Below are positions 1-9,069 of a stretch of 43,579 nt of DNA, in pieces. This stretch comes from Acidobacteriota bacterium. GTDB lineage: Bacteria; Acidobacteriota; UBA6911; JACQSX01. The translations under genes were made by a program, and so were the position numbers. The stretch covers positions 1 to 43,579 of the forward strand of contig DASXQR010000057.1 in NCBI GenBank assembly GCA_036507075.1, in the 5' to 3' direction. Position 1 is the stretch's first letter. Each line of letters starts with the position of its first letter. The notes below the pieces were generated by a model that saw only the letters and a program-made list of their open reading frames with translations, searched no databases and was not told the origin of the DNA.

Positions 1-88
1 ACAAATCGCATCCGTTCTTCCATCGTCGACCTCTCTGCCCAGGGCATCCTGTGATCTCCTCAAAGACCCCATTCTGCCCTGTTCAATT

Positions 89-140
89 GTGTCAACGATG
101 TTGTGAGGTTAAAGTGTCAACGATGTTGTGAGGTTGTACC
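89..140 (+). mobile_element. Probable right end of an IS481-family insertion sequence (transposase outside the window)
   Basis: The 22-bp repeat GTGTCAACGATGTTGTGAGGTT occurs at 89-110 and 114-135 (25-bp period) and ends ...GGTTGTACC. This resembles the tandem subterminal sites and ..TGTACA end of IS481-family elements, recognised from memory rather than by search. Confidence 0.45.
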
Positions 141-142
141 CT

Positions 143-178
143 GGCAACGGACAACGGACAACGGACAACTAACAACGG
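143..178. repeat. Heptamer tandem repeat (CAACGGA)n, lone arm
   Basis: CAACGGA CAACGGA CAACGGA CAACTAA CAACGG. The same unit forms arms at 11543-11594 and 38076-38097. Confidence 0.85.
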
Positions 179-207
179 GCGACGATTGGATATGATACAA
201 ACATCCA

Positions 208-1881
208 ATGAAGCTTGTTTACGATGTGGCCGTTGTCGGGTCGGGCGCCACCGGCGGATGGGTTGCCAAGGAATTGGGCGAAGCCGGATTGAAAGTGGCT
301 GTCCTCGAGGCAGGGCCAAGGATTGATCCGTCGCGCTTTACCACCCATGTGCACCCTTATGAGATGCAACTGCGCGGGCGCCGCAGCAGTGACCTGCGCC
401 GGCGCAAGCCGATCCAAAGCCTCTGCTACGCCTGCACCGACTACAACGATTACTTCTTTGTCGATGACGCCGATCATCCGTACAGCACACCGAAAGATCA
501 GCCGTTCTGGTGGATCCGGTGCCGCGTGGTGGGAGGACGCTCCAATGTGTGGGGTCGCATGGTTTACCGCTACAGCGACCTGGATTTCAAGGCGGCCGGC
601 ATCGACGGTGCCGGCGAAAACTGGCCGATCGGCTACGCAGATCTGAAGCCCTACTACGATAAGGTCGAGGATTACATCGGCGTCAGTGGATCACCCGAAA
701 ACCTGCCGCATCTTCCCGACGGCGTGTTCCTTCCTCCCATGAATCTTACCTGCGGCGAGCAACTGCTGAAGAAAACAGTCGATCGCATGGGACGCCGGCT
801 TACTATCGGTCGCGTGGCGATGCTGACGCGCCCCCATCGCGGCCGTGCAGCTTGCCACTACTGCGGCACGTGCGAACGCGGGTGCGATTCGAATTCATTT
901 TACGCCAGCCCGCTGACCACTTTGGCGGATGCGCTAAACACCGGCAATGTAAAACTGATGACCGACTGTGTGGTCAGCCACATCACGCACGATGGCGCGG
1001 CAAGGGCGAGGAGCGTCTACTACGTAGACCGCCTGACGCGACAGCACCGCGAAGTGCCCGCCAGGGCGATTGTACTGTGCGCGTCGGCGATGGAATCGGC
1101 GCGCATTCTTTTGAACTCCAGGTCATCCAGTTTCCCCAATGGTCTCGGAAACTCCAGCGGCGTGCTGGGCCATTATCTGATGGACCATATCAAGCACGGC
1201 GGGGCCAGCGGTTATTTCCCGCAACTGTCAGGGCGGAAGCGCGAGCACAACGGAATCCGCAGAAGCGGGATTTTTATCCCGCGCTTTCGCAATTTGAAGA
1301 AAGTCGATTCACCTTTCATTCGCGGCTATGGCATGGAAGGGGAAAGCATGCAGGCGGAATTTGAACATGCTTATTCTGCGCCGGGATTCGGCGCCGGTTT
1401 CAAGAAACGCGTGCGGGATGACGTTCCCTGGACGGTCAGCCTTTACGGCTACGGCGAGTGTCTTCCTAGATACGAGAATCGAATGGAGCTGCGCGAGGAC
1501 CTGGTGGATGCCTGGGGCATTCCCAGCGTGCATATTGCAACGGCCTGGTCCGATAACGACATAAAGCTGGTGAACGATATGGGTGATTCCGCGGCGGAAA
1601 TGATCGAAGCCGCCGGCGGCGTGGTCAATCAGGTCATGAAGACGCCCGCCGTTTTCGGTTTTTCCAATCATCAGGTCGGGACGGCGCGCATGGGCAGGAA
1701 TCCAAAAACTTCATTTCTAAACTCCTTCTGCCAGTCACACGACGTAAAAAACCTTTTCATCATGGACGGCAGTTGCTTTACCAGCTCCGCCTGGGCCAAT
1801 CCCACTCTCACAATGATGGCCCTGGCCGTGCGCGCGTGCAAGTATTTGAAGGATCAATACCGGCAAGGGAATTTAGGATAG
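208..1881 (+). CDS. GMC-family FAD-dependent oxidoreductase (sugar/gluconate dehydrogenase flavoprotein-like)
   Basis: 557 aa. N-terminal GSGATGG FAD motif, VGGRSNVWG, Cys cluster CHYCGTCERGC, C-terminal HQVGTARMG and NPTLT. Confidence 0.92.
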   Translation: MKLVYDVAVVGSGATGGWVAKELGEAGLKVAVLEAGPRIDPSRFTTHVHPYEMQLRGRRSSDLRRRKPIQSLCYACTDYNDYFFVDDADHPYSTPKDQPFWWIRCRVVGGRSNVWGRMVYRYSDLDFKAAGIDGAGENWPIGYADLKPYYDKVEDYIGVSGSPENLPHLPDGVFLPPMNLTCGEQLLKKTVDRMGRRLTIGRVAMLTRPHRGRAACHYCGTCERGCDSNSFYASPLTTLADALNTGNVKLMTDCVVSHITHDGAARARSVYYVDRLTRQHREVPARAIVLCASAMESARILLNSRSSSFPNGLGNSSGVLGHYLMDHIKHGGASGYFPQLSGRKREHNGIRRSGIFIPRFRNLKKVDSPFIRGYGMEGESMQAEFEHAYSAPGFGAGFKKRVRDDVPWTVSLYGYGECLPRYENRMELREDLVDAWGIPSVHIATAWSDNDIKLVNDMGDSAAEMIEAAGGVVNQVMKTPAVFGFSNHQVGTARMGRNPKTSFLNSFCQSHDVKNLFIMDGSCFTSSAWANPTLTMMALAVRACKYLKDQYRQGNLG

Positions 1882-1885
1882 TGGT

Positions 1886-1953
1886 GTTAAGCTGGCTTGG
1901 TGTCTTGGTGGTGAAAAACGTTTTCAACCACAAAGGCACAAAGCCAGCTCAAC
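1886..1953. repeat. Palindromic element, CTTGGTGTCTTGGTGGT family, between convergent genes (possible bidirectional terminator)
   Basis: AGCTGGCTTGGTGTCTTGGTGGT...ACCACAAAGGCACAAAGCCAGCT. Related copies at 10291, 33680 and 43542. Confidence 0.8.
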
Positions 1954-1979
1954 TCTGTTGAGAGTGACGACTCCAGTCC

Positions 1980-4900
1980 CTAGAAAGCCAGCCTCAGCGC
2001 AAACTGCATCTGGCGCGGGACACTGCTGGTGTTGCGGATTTTGCCGAAGTCCGGGCTTTCAATGTTTATCACTGGGTTTTCTAGGGTCGGCGTATTGGTG
2101 ACGTTGAAAACCTCCCATCGGAACTGCAGGCTCACCTGTTCGCGGATGGGAAACGATTTCATTAGTCCGAGATCCAGGTTGAACGCCCCATCGCTGCTGA
2201 GAATTCCACGTCCCGCGTTCCCCAGGCGAAAGGAGCCGTCTGGATTCCTTGGAATCGCGAAAGCTGACGTGTCAAACCAGCGGTCCGCCGTCGGATGGGA
2301 AAGTTTTCCCTCCCGCAATCGATCCGGAAACCATTGGCCGACAGCGGTCGCTCCCAGGCGCTGCCGCGCGTTGGGCACGATCAAAGTGAAAAAATGACCT
2401 GACTGTGCCGAAAACAGTCCGGAAATCTCCCACCCGCCCAGCAACTGGTTGAGGATTCCACCCTGGTTCATCAACGCCCGGCCCCTTCCAAAGGGTAACT
2501 CGTAAGTGGCGGCGCTTACAAAGCGGTGCCGGTAGTCAAATTCGGAATTTCCGCGGCTCGCATCGATATTGTGGAAGTCCTGCAGTCCTCCTCCACCGGA
2601 GCCGAACTGCTCGGATACGTTGTCAAGAGAGTGGCCCCACGTGTACGCGCTCGAGAAAACCAGACCTTGAGAGTACCGGCGTTCCAGTTGCAAATCCAGG
2701 CCGTGATAGCTCGCATGGCCGAAGGGGCTGCGCAGTGTGATGTTGTTCCATTGCGGGATGGGCCGGCGCTGGCGTTCGGTGGCGGGCGGTCCCAATGGAG
2801 AACCGTTCCAATTATAGGCATCCATAATGAAGCTGGAAGACGATCCTACATAAGCCACCGTCAGCGAAAGATCGCGCATCAGCTCGCGCTGCACCGCCAG
2901 GTTCCACTGGTGAATGGTGGGTTCGGGAAAATCCGTTTGCCACACGCTCCAGTTCAGATTGTCGGGTGGCGTCGTCGTGCTCCCGAGAACGCCGGCCGGG
3001 AGCCCATCGGCCAGGCGCACGGCGGGACGCGTGGGCGTCGACTGCAGCGTCACACTTCGATTGAAAGGAAAGTTGTTGATCATCCGCGCGTCGGCTCCCA
3101 GCGAGCCCTGCCCGCCATAGAAGACTCCGTATCCGCTGCGTAAAACCGTGCGAGGGGCAATCTGATAAGCGAAACCGATTCGGGGAGCAAAGTTGTTTTT
3201 GTCGGTGTTGACAAGCGCCCGGCACGACCACGACCCGCCGCAGTGTGCCGCGGGCCGAATCGTGTTGAACTGGGATCCCGGCTCAATCACCAGCATATTC
3301 ATGCGATCGGTCTGCTCGTACCACGGGCTGGTCAGCTCGTAGCGCAGGCCCAGATTAAGTGTGAGTTTGGGCGTTAGTTTCCAGTCATCCATCGCGTAAA
3401 TCATGTAGTTCTGGAAGCGCATGTTGCCTCTCAGAATGCTGCTCAGAGCGGCCGACGCCGGCATTCCCAGCAGAAAATCAGCGAAGCTGACGCCGGTGAA
3501 TTGACCGTCGAACGTGAAATTTCCATGGGAGCTGTTGCCCCCGAAAATATCCGAGCGGTTCCATCGAAGATCCGTACCGACCTTGAAGTTATGCGAGCCG
3601 TGATTCCAGGAAACGTTGTCCAGGAATTGGCGAACCTCGTGGATCTTGAAGTTGGGCATTGATCCCGGCTCTCCAAGGCCCTGGTAACTGATAGCCCCGG
3701 CCAGGGCAAACTGGGGCAACCCGAACAGCTTTTCCCCGCCCGGAATCCCCTTGATTCCGTATTTGGCCGTTAATTCTGCCAGCGGCTCTTTGGACAACTC
3801 CCGTTTGTCGACCTTCTGGCGAACAAAGCCGAAGCGAAATTCGTTGACCAGACGGGGGGAGAAAATACGCGTGTAGGAAAGCACGGCGCTGGCGGCGTTG
3901 TTGTCGTCAAATGCACGGTCGTTGTTCTGGCCGCCGCGCGCGGGAGGTTCGAACACTGAATCGCGCAGATTGTCAAAACGGGAAAAGCTGACGCGGGCAA
4001 AGAGCTTGTTGCTGTCGGAAAGGTTGTGATCCACTCGCGTGTCAAGCTGGTCGCGGTCGGTAGTCCAGGGGGGATTGCGGATGAAGTTCGCGCGCGTTCC
4101 CGAGCCGGTGAAGTTCGGTAGAGGCCACAATTCCAGCATCCGTGCCGCCGTTGGATCGAAACGCTCCTTTGGAATCTTGTTGCCCTGGAACGGCTGTCCC
4201 GTTACCGGATCCCGGATGGTCCTGCTGAATTCGCCGTTGCGTTCCGCCGCGGTCGGGACCACCACCAGGTCCGATTGCTCGCGACGCTCGCGTCTGCCTT
4301 CCCAACTGACAAAGAAAAATGTCTTGTCCCGGACGATCGGACCTCCAAAAGTGGCCCCAAACTGGTTCTGGCGCAGCACCTCGGGGTCCGCCTTTCCGTC
4401 TCCATCGCGATCAACGTAATTAAAAGTATCGCGCGCGTCGAAGATATCGTTGCGTATGTACTCGTAAGCGGTCCCTGAGAATCGGTTGCCGCCCGACTTG
4501 ATGCTCACAATCATGACCGCGCCCGAATTGCGGCCGAATTCGGCAGAATAGTTGCTGGTTTGAAGAGTGAATTCGGAGACCGCGTCCAGCGAGGGAATCA
4601 CCACTTGCATCTTGCGATCCTGCATTCCCATGACGTTGTTGTTGTTGTCGATGCCGTCGATGATAAAGCTGTTCTGCGTCATCGGCTGGCCGTGCGCATT
4701 GAAACCGCTTTCCCGGTCGCGGCTGCGCGTGGCCGGCATTATTCCCGCGGCCTGCCAGGCCAGTTGCTGAAAGTTTCTGCCGTTCAACGGCAAGTCACGG
4801 ATTTGTTCCTGACCCACAACATGGGAAAGCGACGACGTCTCGGCCTGCAGCAGCGGCGCTTCTGCCGTCACTGTTGCAGTTTCCGCAAACTCACCGATGG

Positions 4901-5216
4901 CCAGCGTGAAATCGGCCCGCACGCGGTCTTGCGCATGGAGGGGGATGTTTTGCCACACGGCCTTCTTAAAGCCGACCATCTCAACCATGAGATCGTAGCC
5001 GCCCACTCGCAGCGGTCCTACCGTATAGCTTCCATTCTCCGAACTCACAGTGGTGCGGTTCTCATTGGTCTCGCGGTTTGTGACCGCGATCTTTGCTCCC
5101 GGAATGGCGGCGCCCGTGGCGTCCGTGATTACACCGGTTATTACTCCCATGTCCTGCTGGGCGAGGACCAGATTTGTGGTTAGAAAGAAGCTGCATGCCA
5201 AAAGCAGGTTCTTCAT
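1980..5216 (-). CDS. TonB-dependent receptor, Oar-like, with N-terminal carboxypeptidase-regulatory-like domain
   Basis: 1078 aa. Signal peptide, ITGVITDATGAAIPGA, LPLNGRNF, YSAEFGR, LNLGLRYE, FAPRIGFAY, C-terminal PRQMQFALRLAF. AGAGGAG RBS upstream. Confidence 0.95.
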   Translation of the reverse strand: MKNLLLACSFFLTTNLVLAQQDMGVITGVITDATGAAIPGAKIAVTNRETNENRTTVSSENGSYTVGPLRVGGYDLMVEMVGFKKAVWQNIPLHAQDRVRADFTLAIGEFAETATVTAEAPLLQAETSSLSHVVGQEQIRDLPLNGRNFQQLAWQAAGIMPATRSRDRESGFNAHGQPMTQNSFIIDGIDNNNNVMGMQDRKMQVVIPSLDAVSEFTLQTSNYSAEFGRNSGAVMIVSIKSGGNRFSGTAYEYIRNDIFDARDTFNYVDRDGDGKADPEVLRQNQFGATFGGPIVRDKTFFFVSWEGRRERREQSDLVVVPTAAERNGEFSRTIRDPVTGQPFQGNKIPKERFDPTAARMLELWPLPNFTGSGTRANFIRNPPWTTDRDQLDTRVDHNLSDSNKLFARVSFSRFDNLRDSVFEPPARGGQNNDRAFDDNNAASAVLSYTRIFSPRLVNEFRFGFVRQKVDKRELSKEPLAELTAKYGIKGIPGGEKLFGLPQFALAGAISYQGLGEPGSMPNFKIHEVRQFLDNVSWNHGSHNFKVGTDLRWNRSDIFGGNSSHGNFTFDGQFTGVSFADFLLGMPASAALSSILRGNMRFQNYMIYAMDDWKLTPKLTLNLGLRYELTSPWYEQTDRMNMLVIEPGSQFNTIRPAAHCGGSWSCRALVNTDKNNFAPRIGFAYQIAPRTVLRSGYGVFYGGQGSLGADARMINNFPFNRSVTLQSTPTRPAVRLADGLPAGVLGSTTTPPDNLNWSVWQTDFPEPTIHQWNLAVQRELMRDLSLTVAYVGSSSSFIMDAYNWNGSPLGPPATERQRRPIPQWNNITLRSPFGHASYHGLDLQLERRYSQGLVFSSAYTWGHSLDNVSEQFGSGGGGLQDFHNIDASRGNSEFDYRHRFVSAATYELPFGRGRALMNQGGILNQLLGGWEISGLFSAQSGHFFTLIVPNARQRLGATAVGQWFPDRLREGKLSHPTADRWFDTSAFAIPRNPDGSFRLGNAGRGILSSDGAFNLDLGLMKSFPIREQVSLQFRWEVFNVTNTPTLENPVINIESPDFGKIRNTSSVPRQMQFALRLAF

Positions 5217-5230
5217 GGCGTCTCCTCTAA

Positions 5231-5337
5231 GGGTTGCGGATTCCGGGTTGTGGGTTGCGGGTTACTTGTTCCGAGTTTGCGGGTTAGTGATCCCGAGTTG
5301 CGGGCTCCGGGTTCCGAGTTGCGGGTTACGGGTCGCG
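5231..5337. repeat. Degenerate heptamer array (GGGTTGC/CGGGTTG)n in the TonB-receptor leader
   Basis: Roughly 15 imperfect units abutting the RBS. The same unit occurs at 31419-31515 and 43503-43541. Confidence 0.85.
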
Positions 5338-5512
5338 ACGGCGAGGGATTTTTTCTCTCAGTCATAACCTCTCTTGCTGATACGCTTAGAAACAAGCACT
5401 TTTGAGATGACGGAACTGGATCAGATTCTAATTCAATTGGAAGGCAGGGGCCAGACCTGATTGACTCGCTTTGGCTTGGCGAAGTGCTGCGACGGGACCG
5501 GAAACATTCCTA

Positions 5513-5604
5513 AAATCGCAGGGGCGGCCTAACATGGGCGCCCGGTTCGCCGATTTGACCGGCGGCACCGACGCGGGCGGCCAGGTTAGGCCGCCCTACG
5601 ATTT
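5513..5604. repeat. GTAG-type REP doublet (REPIN-like)
   Basis: AAATCGCAGGGGCGGCCTAACATGGGCGCCCG (5513-5544) is inverted against CGGGCGGCCAGGTTAGGCCGCCCTACGATTT (5574-5604). The right arm read on the minus strand is GTAG plus the hairpin GGGCGGCC-TAACCT-GGCCGCCC. Confidence 0.75.
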
Positions 5605-5614
5605 GGAGGCCTGG

Positions 5615-7174
5615 ATGACTTGGCTTACGTTTGTTCTTGCAGCCATTCTTGTCATTCATGGTGTGCTGCCGCCTCAGGCAAACAAACCAGCGCCCGTGTC
5701 CGGATCCTCAGACGCTGCGCTTCGCAATGCTGTAGAACAGTTTATCTCGCGGGAAGAGCCCGGTTACATCTCGGAATTCATCCAACTCCTTTCCATTCCC
5801 AATGTGTCCTCCGATCGGGCCAACATCCGCCGCAATGCGGATTTTTTGCAGCAAATGCTTCAGAGGCGCGGTATGAAGTCGGAGATTCTCCAGACGGCAG
5901 GCAATCCGCTTGTCTACGGTGAGCTCGAATCCCCCGCCGCCACGCGCACGATTCTCTTCTATATTCACTATGACGGCCAGCCTGTCGATCCATCGCTGTG
6001 GAAACAGTCCAGCCCGTTCCAACCGGTCCTTCGTACGGGAAGGATGGAGGACGGGGCGGCGGCGATCACAAATCTGTCACAAGTACGGAAGTTTGAACCG
6101 GACTGGCGCCTCTATGCCCGTTCCGCTTCTGACGACAAAGCTCCCATCGAGGCGCTGTGCGTGGCGCTCGATGCCTTGAAAGCAAACGGCCGAAACCCCG
6201 CCGGCAACATCAGGATCATACTGGATGGTGAAGAAGAAGCAGGCTCGCCCAGCCTGACTGCCGCAGTGGCGCGATACAGAGACAAATTGAAGTCGGATTT
6301 GCTGCTGGTGCTGGATGGACCGACGCATCCCAGCGGGGGACCGACTGTAGTTTTCGGCGGCCGCGGCATTCTGGATGTGGATCTGACCGTGTATGGACCC
6401 AGGTTCGCGCTTCACAGCGGGCATTACGGAAACTGGATTCCTAATCCGGCGATGCGCCTGGCGCAGCTCCTTGCGTCGATTAAGGACGAACGAGGACATG
6501 TGATGATCGAAGGCTTCTACGACGGAATTCCGGCGCTGACGGACCAGGATCGGAGAGCGATGAATGCAGTGCCCGACGACTTGCCCGGGCTTCGGAGATT
6601 TTTTGGCGTGGCTGAAACAGAAGAGCCGGGCCGGACGCTTCAGCAGGCGTTGCAGTATCCCAGCTTCAACGTGCGCGGTTTGAGCAGCGGCTACACCGGA
6701 CCGCAGGCGCGGACCATTATTCCGTCTGAAGCCACCGCAGCAGTTGACATCCGGCTGGTGAAAGAGACGCCGGCGCGGCAGACGCTTCAGAAACTGCTGG
6801 CGCACATCCGCCGGCAGGGTTATCACATCGTCGAGCAACCTCCCGATGACGCAACCAGGCTTCGTTACCCCATGATTGTAAGAGTCCAGCCTCGCGGCGA
6901 GGGGACGGAAGCATACCGTACCTCAATGGATCTTCCCGTGTCCAAAGCGGTGACTTCTGCGGTGGCGGGGATGTGGGGCCGGGAAGTGGTTCAGATTCGA
7001 ACGATGGGTGGAACGGTTCCGATCAGCCAGTTCATTCAACTCCTGGGTGTTCCTGCGATTGCAATTCCGATCGTCAACTTCGACAACAACCAGCACAGCG
7101 AAAACGAAAATCTCAGGTTGGGAAACCTGCGCGAAGGAATCGTCACGTTTGCGGCGTTGCTGAGTATGAAGTGA
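5615..7174 (+). CDS. Secreted M20/M25/M40-family metallopeptidase
   Basis: HYDGQP, ARSASDDK, DGEEE, LHSGHYG and NQHSENEN motifs. Start moved to ATG 5615, which has GGAGG at 5605 and is followed by a hydrophobic signal-like N-terminus. Confidence 0.9.
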   Translation: MTWLTFVLAAILVIHGVLPPQANKPAPVSGSSDAALRNAVEQFISREEPGYISEFIQLLSIPNVSSDRANIRRNADFLQQMLQRRGMKSEILQTAGNPLVYGELESPAATRTILFYIHYDGQPVDPSLWKQSSPFQPVLRTGRMEDGAAAITNLSQVRKFEPDWRLYARSASDDKAPIEALCVALDALKANGRNPAGNIRIILDGEEEAGSPSLTAAVARYRDKLKSDLLLVLDGPTHPSGGPTVVFGGRGILDVDLTVYGPRFALHSGHYGNWIPNPAMRLAQLLASIKDERGHVMIEGFYDGIPALTDQDRRAMNAVPDDLPGLRRFFGVAETEEPGRTLQQALQYPSFNVRGLSSGYTGPQARTIIPSEATAAVDIRLVKETPARQTLQKLLAHIRRQGYHIVEQPPDDATRLRYPMIVRVQPRGEGTEAYRTSMDLPVSKAVTSAVAGMWGREVVQIRTMGGTVPISQFIQLLGVPAIAIPIVNFDNNQHSENENLRLGNLREGIVTFAALLSMK

Positions 7175-7203
7175 AAGTGGGCGAGAATCGGAGTAATCAG
7201 AAA

Positions 7204-8892
7204 TCAGGAAACCACCACGAACCCGCCCCGATCAAACAGAACCTTGGGGTCCGAGAGTAATTTGGCGACCAGCACGGAATCGACCGGATGCGAGAAGAAA
7301 AACCCCTGCATGCGGTGGCAATTCAATGACCGCAATTGCTCGATTTGACCGGCGTCTTCGACGCCTTCGGCCACCACTTTTATTCCCAGACCATGAGCCA
7401 GATTGATTATGGCCCGGATGATTTGCAGGTTTCGCGGGTTGCCCTGCATCTCGCGAATGAACGTGCGATCAATCTTTAAGGTGTCGATGGGGAAGGTGGG
7501 CAGGTAACTCAATGAGGAGTAGCCGGTCCCGAAATCGTCAATGCACAGTTGAACGCCCATTTCCTTCAATTGCCCGAGCGCTCCCACGATGGGGGGATGC
7601 TGTATCACCATGCTTTCCGTAATTTCAAGCGTGAGGTTCTGCGCTCGCAGTCCGGTTTTCTGGAGAATCGTTTGAACGCGCTCCAGCATATCTAACTGCA
7701 TCAACTGCCGGGGAGACAGATTGACGTTGAGCTGAAGAGTCTGGAAAGCGGGGAATTCCTCCATCCAGCGACACATCTGCGCGCAGGCCTTTTCCAGCAC
7801 TCCGTACCCGAGCGGAACAATGATGCCCGTTTCCTCCGCTACAGCGATGAACTCGGGAGGGTGAGTGAGACCTTCGATCGGATGCTGCCACCTGGCCAGC
7901 GCTTCGAAGCCGACCAGTTTTCCGTCATCGAGCGTTACAATCGGTTGGTACTGTATCAGGAACTCCGATCTCTCGACGGCCCACCGCAGATCTGTTTCCA
8001 GGCGCAGTCGCTTGACCGCGCGCTGATGCATGGCGCGGTCAAACACCTGGTGCCGCGCTCCTGAGGTTTTGGCGCGATGCATCGCGATTTCGGCGTCGCG
8101 CAGCAGGTTGTCCGGGTGATCGCAATCGCCCGTCCCGACTGTGATACCGATGGTGGCATTGGCGAAAATCTGCTCCTCGCCTATGTTGAATGGTTCCTGT
8201 AGGGCGTTTTGGATTCGTTGCGCCACCCTGAGCGTGTCACTTACATCGGAAATGTCGTGGAGAACGATGGCAAACTCATCGCCGCCTACCCGGGCCACTG
8301 TGTCTTCCGGCCGGATCAAGCGATGCAGTCTTCGTGCAAATGCAGCCAGCAGGCGATCTCCAGTGATGTGGCCGAGGCTTTCATTGACCTGTCGGAACCG
8401 ATCCAGGTTCAGACAGACAACAGCGAACAGGAATTCCTTTCGCCATTTTGCGCGCGCCACCAGTCTTCCCAGAATATTGGAAACCGCCAGGCGGTTGGGA
8501 AGTCCTGTGAGCGGGTCATGCCAGTTTACGACGTTAAGGTAGTCGGAGTACTTGCGTTGGTTGGCTTCAGTAGCAGTAGCGACGGCCCAGTTTTTTCCGT
8601 CGGGAGTTTCCACAAAGGCCACGGTCAGCTCGGTCCATTTCTGGTCGCCGCTTTTCGTGAGAGTTTTGATGTCCAGGCGAAAGGAAACCGCCGCGCGCTG
8701 GATTTGCTCTTCCAGGCTTGTTCTGGCTTCCGGAATTACCAGATCCGCCAGCTTTTTCCCGATCAACTCGCTCTTAGAATAGCCAGTCAGCTCTTCAGCG
8801 GCCGAGTTCGCAGCCATAATCTTGCCGCTGTCCAGGCCGAAACATGCAATCTCTTGTTTGGCGGCCTCTAAGGATTTGGACATATATTGCAA
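7204..8892 (-). CDS. PAS + GGDEF + EAL diguanylate cyclase/phosphodiesterase
   Basis: PAS-like N-terminus (NSAAEELTGYS), HDPLTGLPNR, RPED I-site, intact GGDEF, EALARW and DDFGTGYSSL. Start may be ATG 8883. Confidence 0.95.
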   Translation of the reverse strand: MQYMSKSLEAAKQEIACFGLDSGKIMAANSAAEELTGYSKSELIGKKLADLVIPEARTSLEEQIQRAAVSFRLDIKTLTKSGDQKWTELTVAFVETPDGKNWAVATATEANQRKYSDYLNVVNWHDPLTGLPNRLAVSNILGRLVARAKWRKEFLFAVVCLNLDRFRQVNESLGHITGDRLLAAFARRLHRLIRPEDTVARVGGDEFAIVLHDISDVSDTLRVAQRIQNALQEPFNIGEEQIFANATIGITVGTGDCDHPDNLLRDAEIAMHRAKTSGARHQVFDRAMHQRAVKRLRLETDLRWAVERSEFLIQYQPIVTLDDGKLVGFEALARWQHPIEGLTHPPEFIAVAEETGIIVPLGYGVLEKACAQMCRWMEEFPAFQTLQLNVNLSPRQLMQLDMLERVQTILQKTGLRAQNLTLEITESMVIQHPPIVGALGQLKEMGVQLCIDDFGTGYSSLSYLPTFPIDTLKIDRTFIREMQGNPRNLQIIRAIINLAHGLGIKVVAEGVEDAGQIEQLRSLNCHRMQGFFFSHPVDSVLVAKLLSDPKVLFDRGGFVVVS

Positions 8893-8987
8893 CTGGTTAC
8901 CGACGAGCCTGGCCTATCATAAGCGCCCTTCCCCGGGTCGCTTGTGAGAGTGGTTACGTGGGGCGTTTTTCCTCGTGCGAAGAAATT

Positions 8988-9058
8988 GAACCGCGAAGAG
9001 CGCAAAGAGCGCGAAGAGACTTCTTATTCTTGGCGATTCTTGGCGTTCTTGGCGGTTC
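8988..9058. repeat. Palindromic element, AACCGCGAAG 9-nt-period family
   Basis: GAACCGCGAAGAGCGCAAAGAGCGCGAAG...CTTGGCGATTCTTGGCGTTCTTGGCGGTTC, just downstream of the stop of the 9070-10185 gene. Confidence 0.8.
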
Positions 9059-9069
9059 AGTCTTTTGGC

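Noticed and set aside
89..135. Direct repeats as a CRISPR array
   Set aside because: Only two copies with a 3-bp gap, no spacers, and no cas genes in the window.
5471..5614. Long N-terminal extensions in the ORF track (5471, 10266, 23515, 35171, 38037, 42050)
   Set aside because: They run through repeat elements, upstream genes or intergenic DNA. Downstream ATGs match the family N-termini, and most have an RBS.
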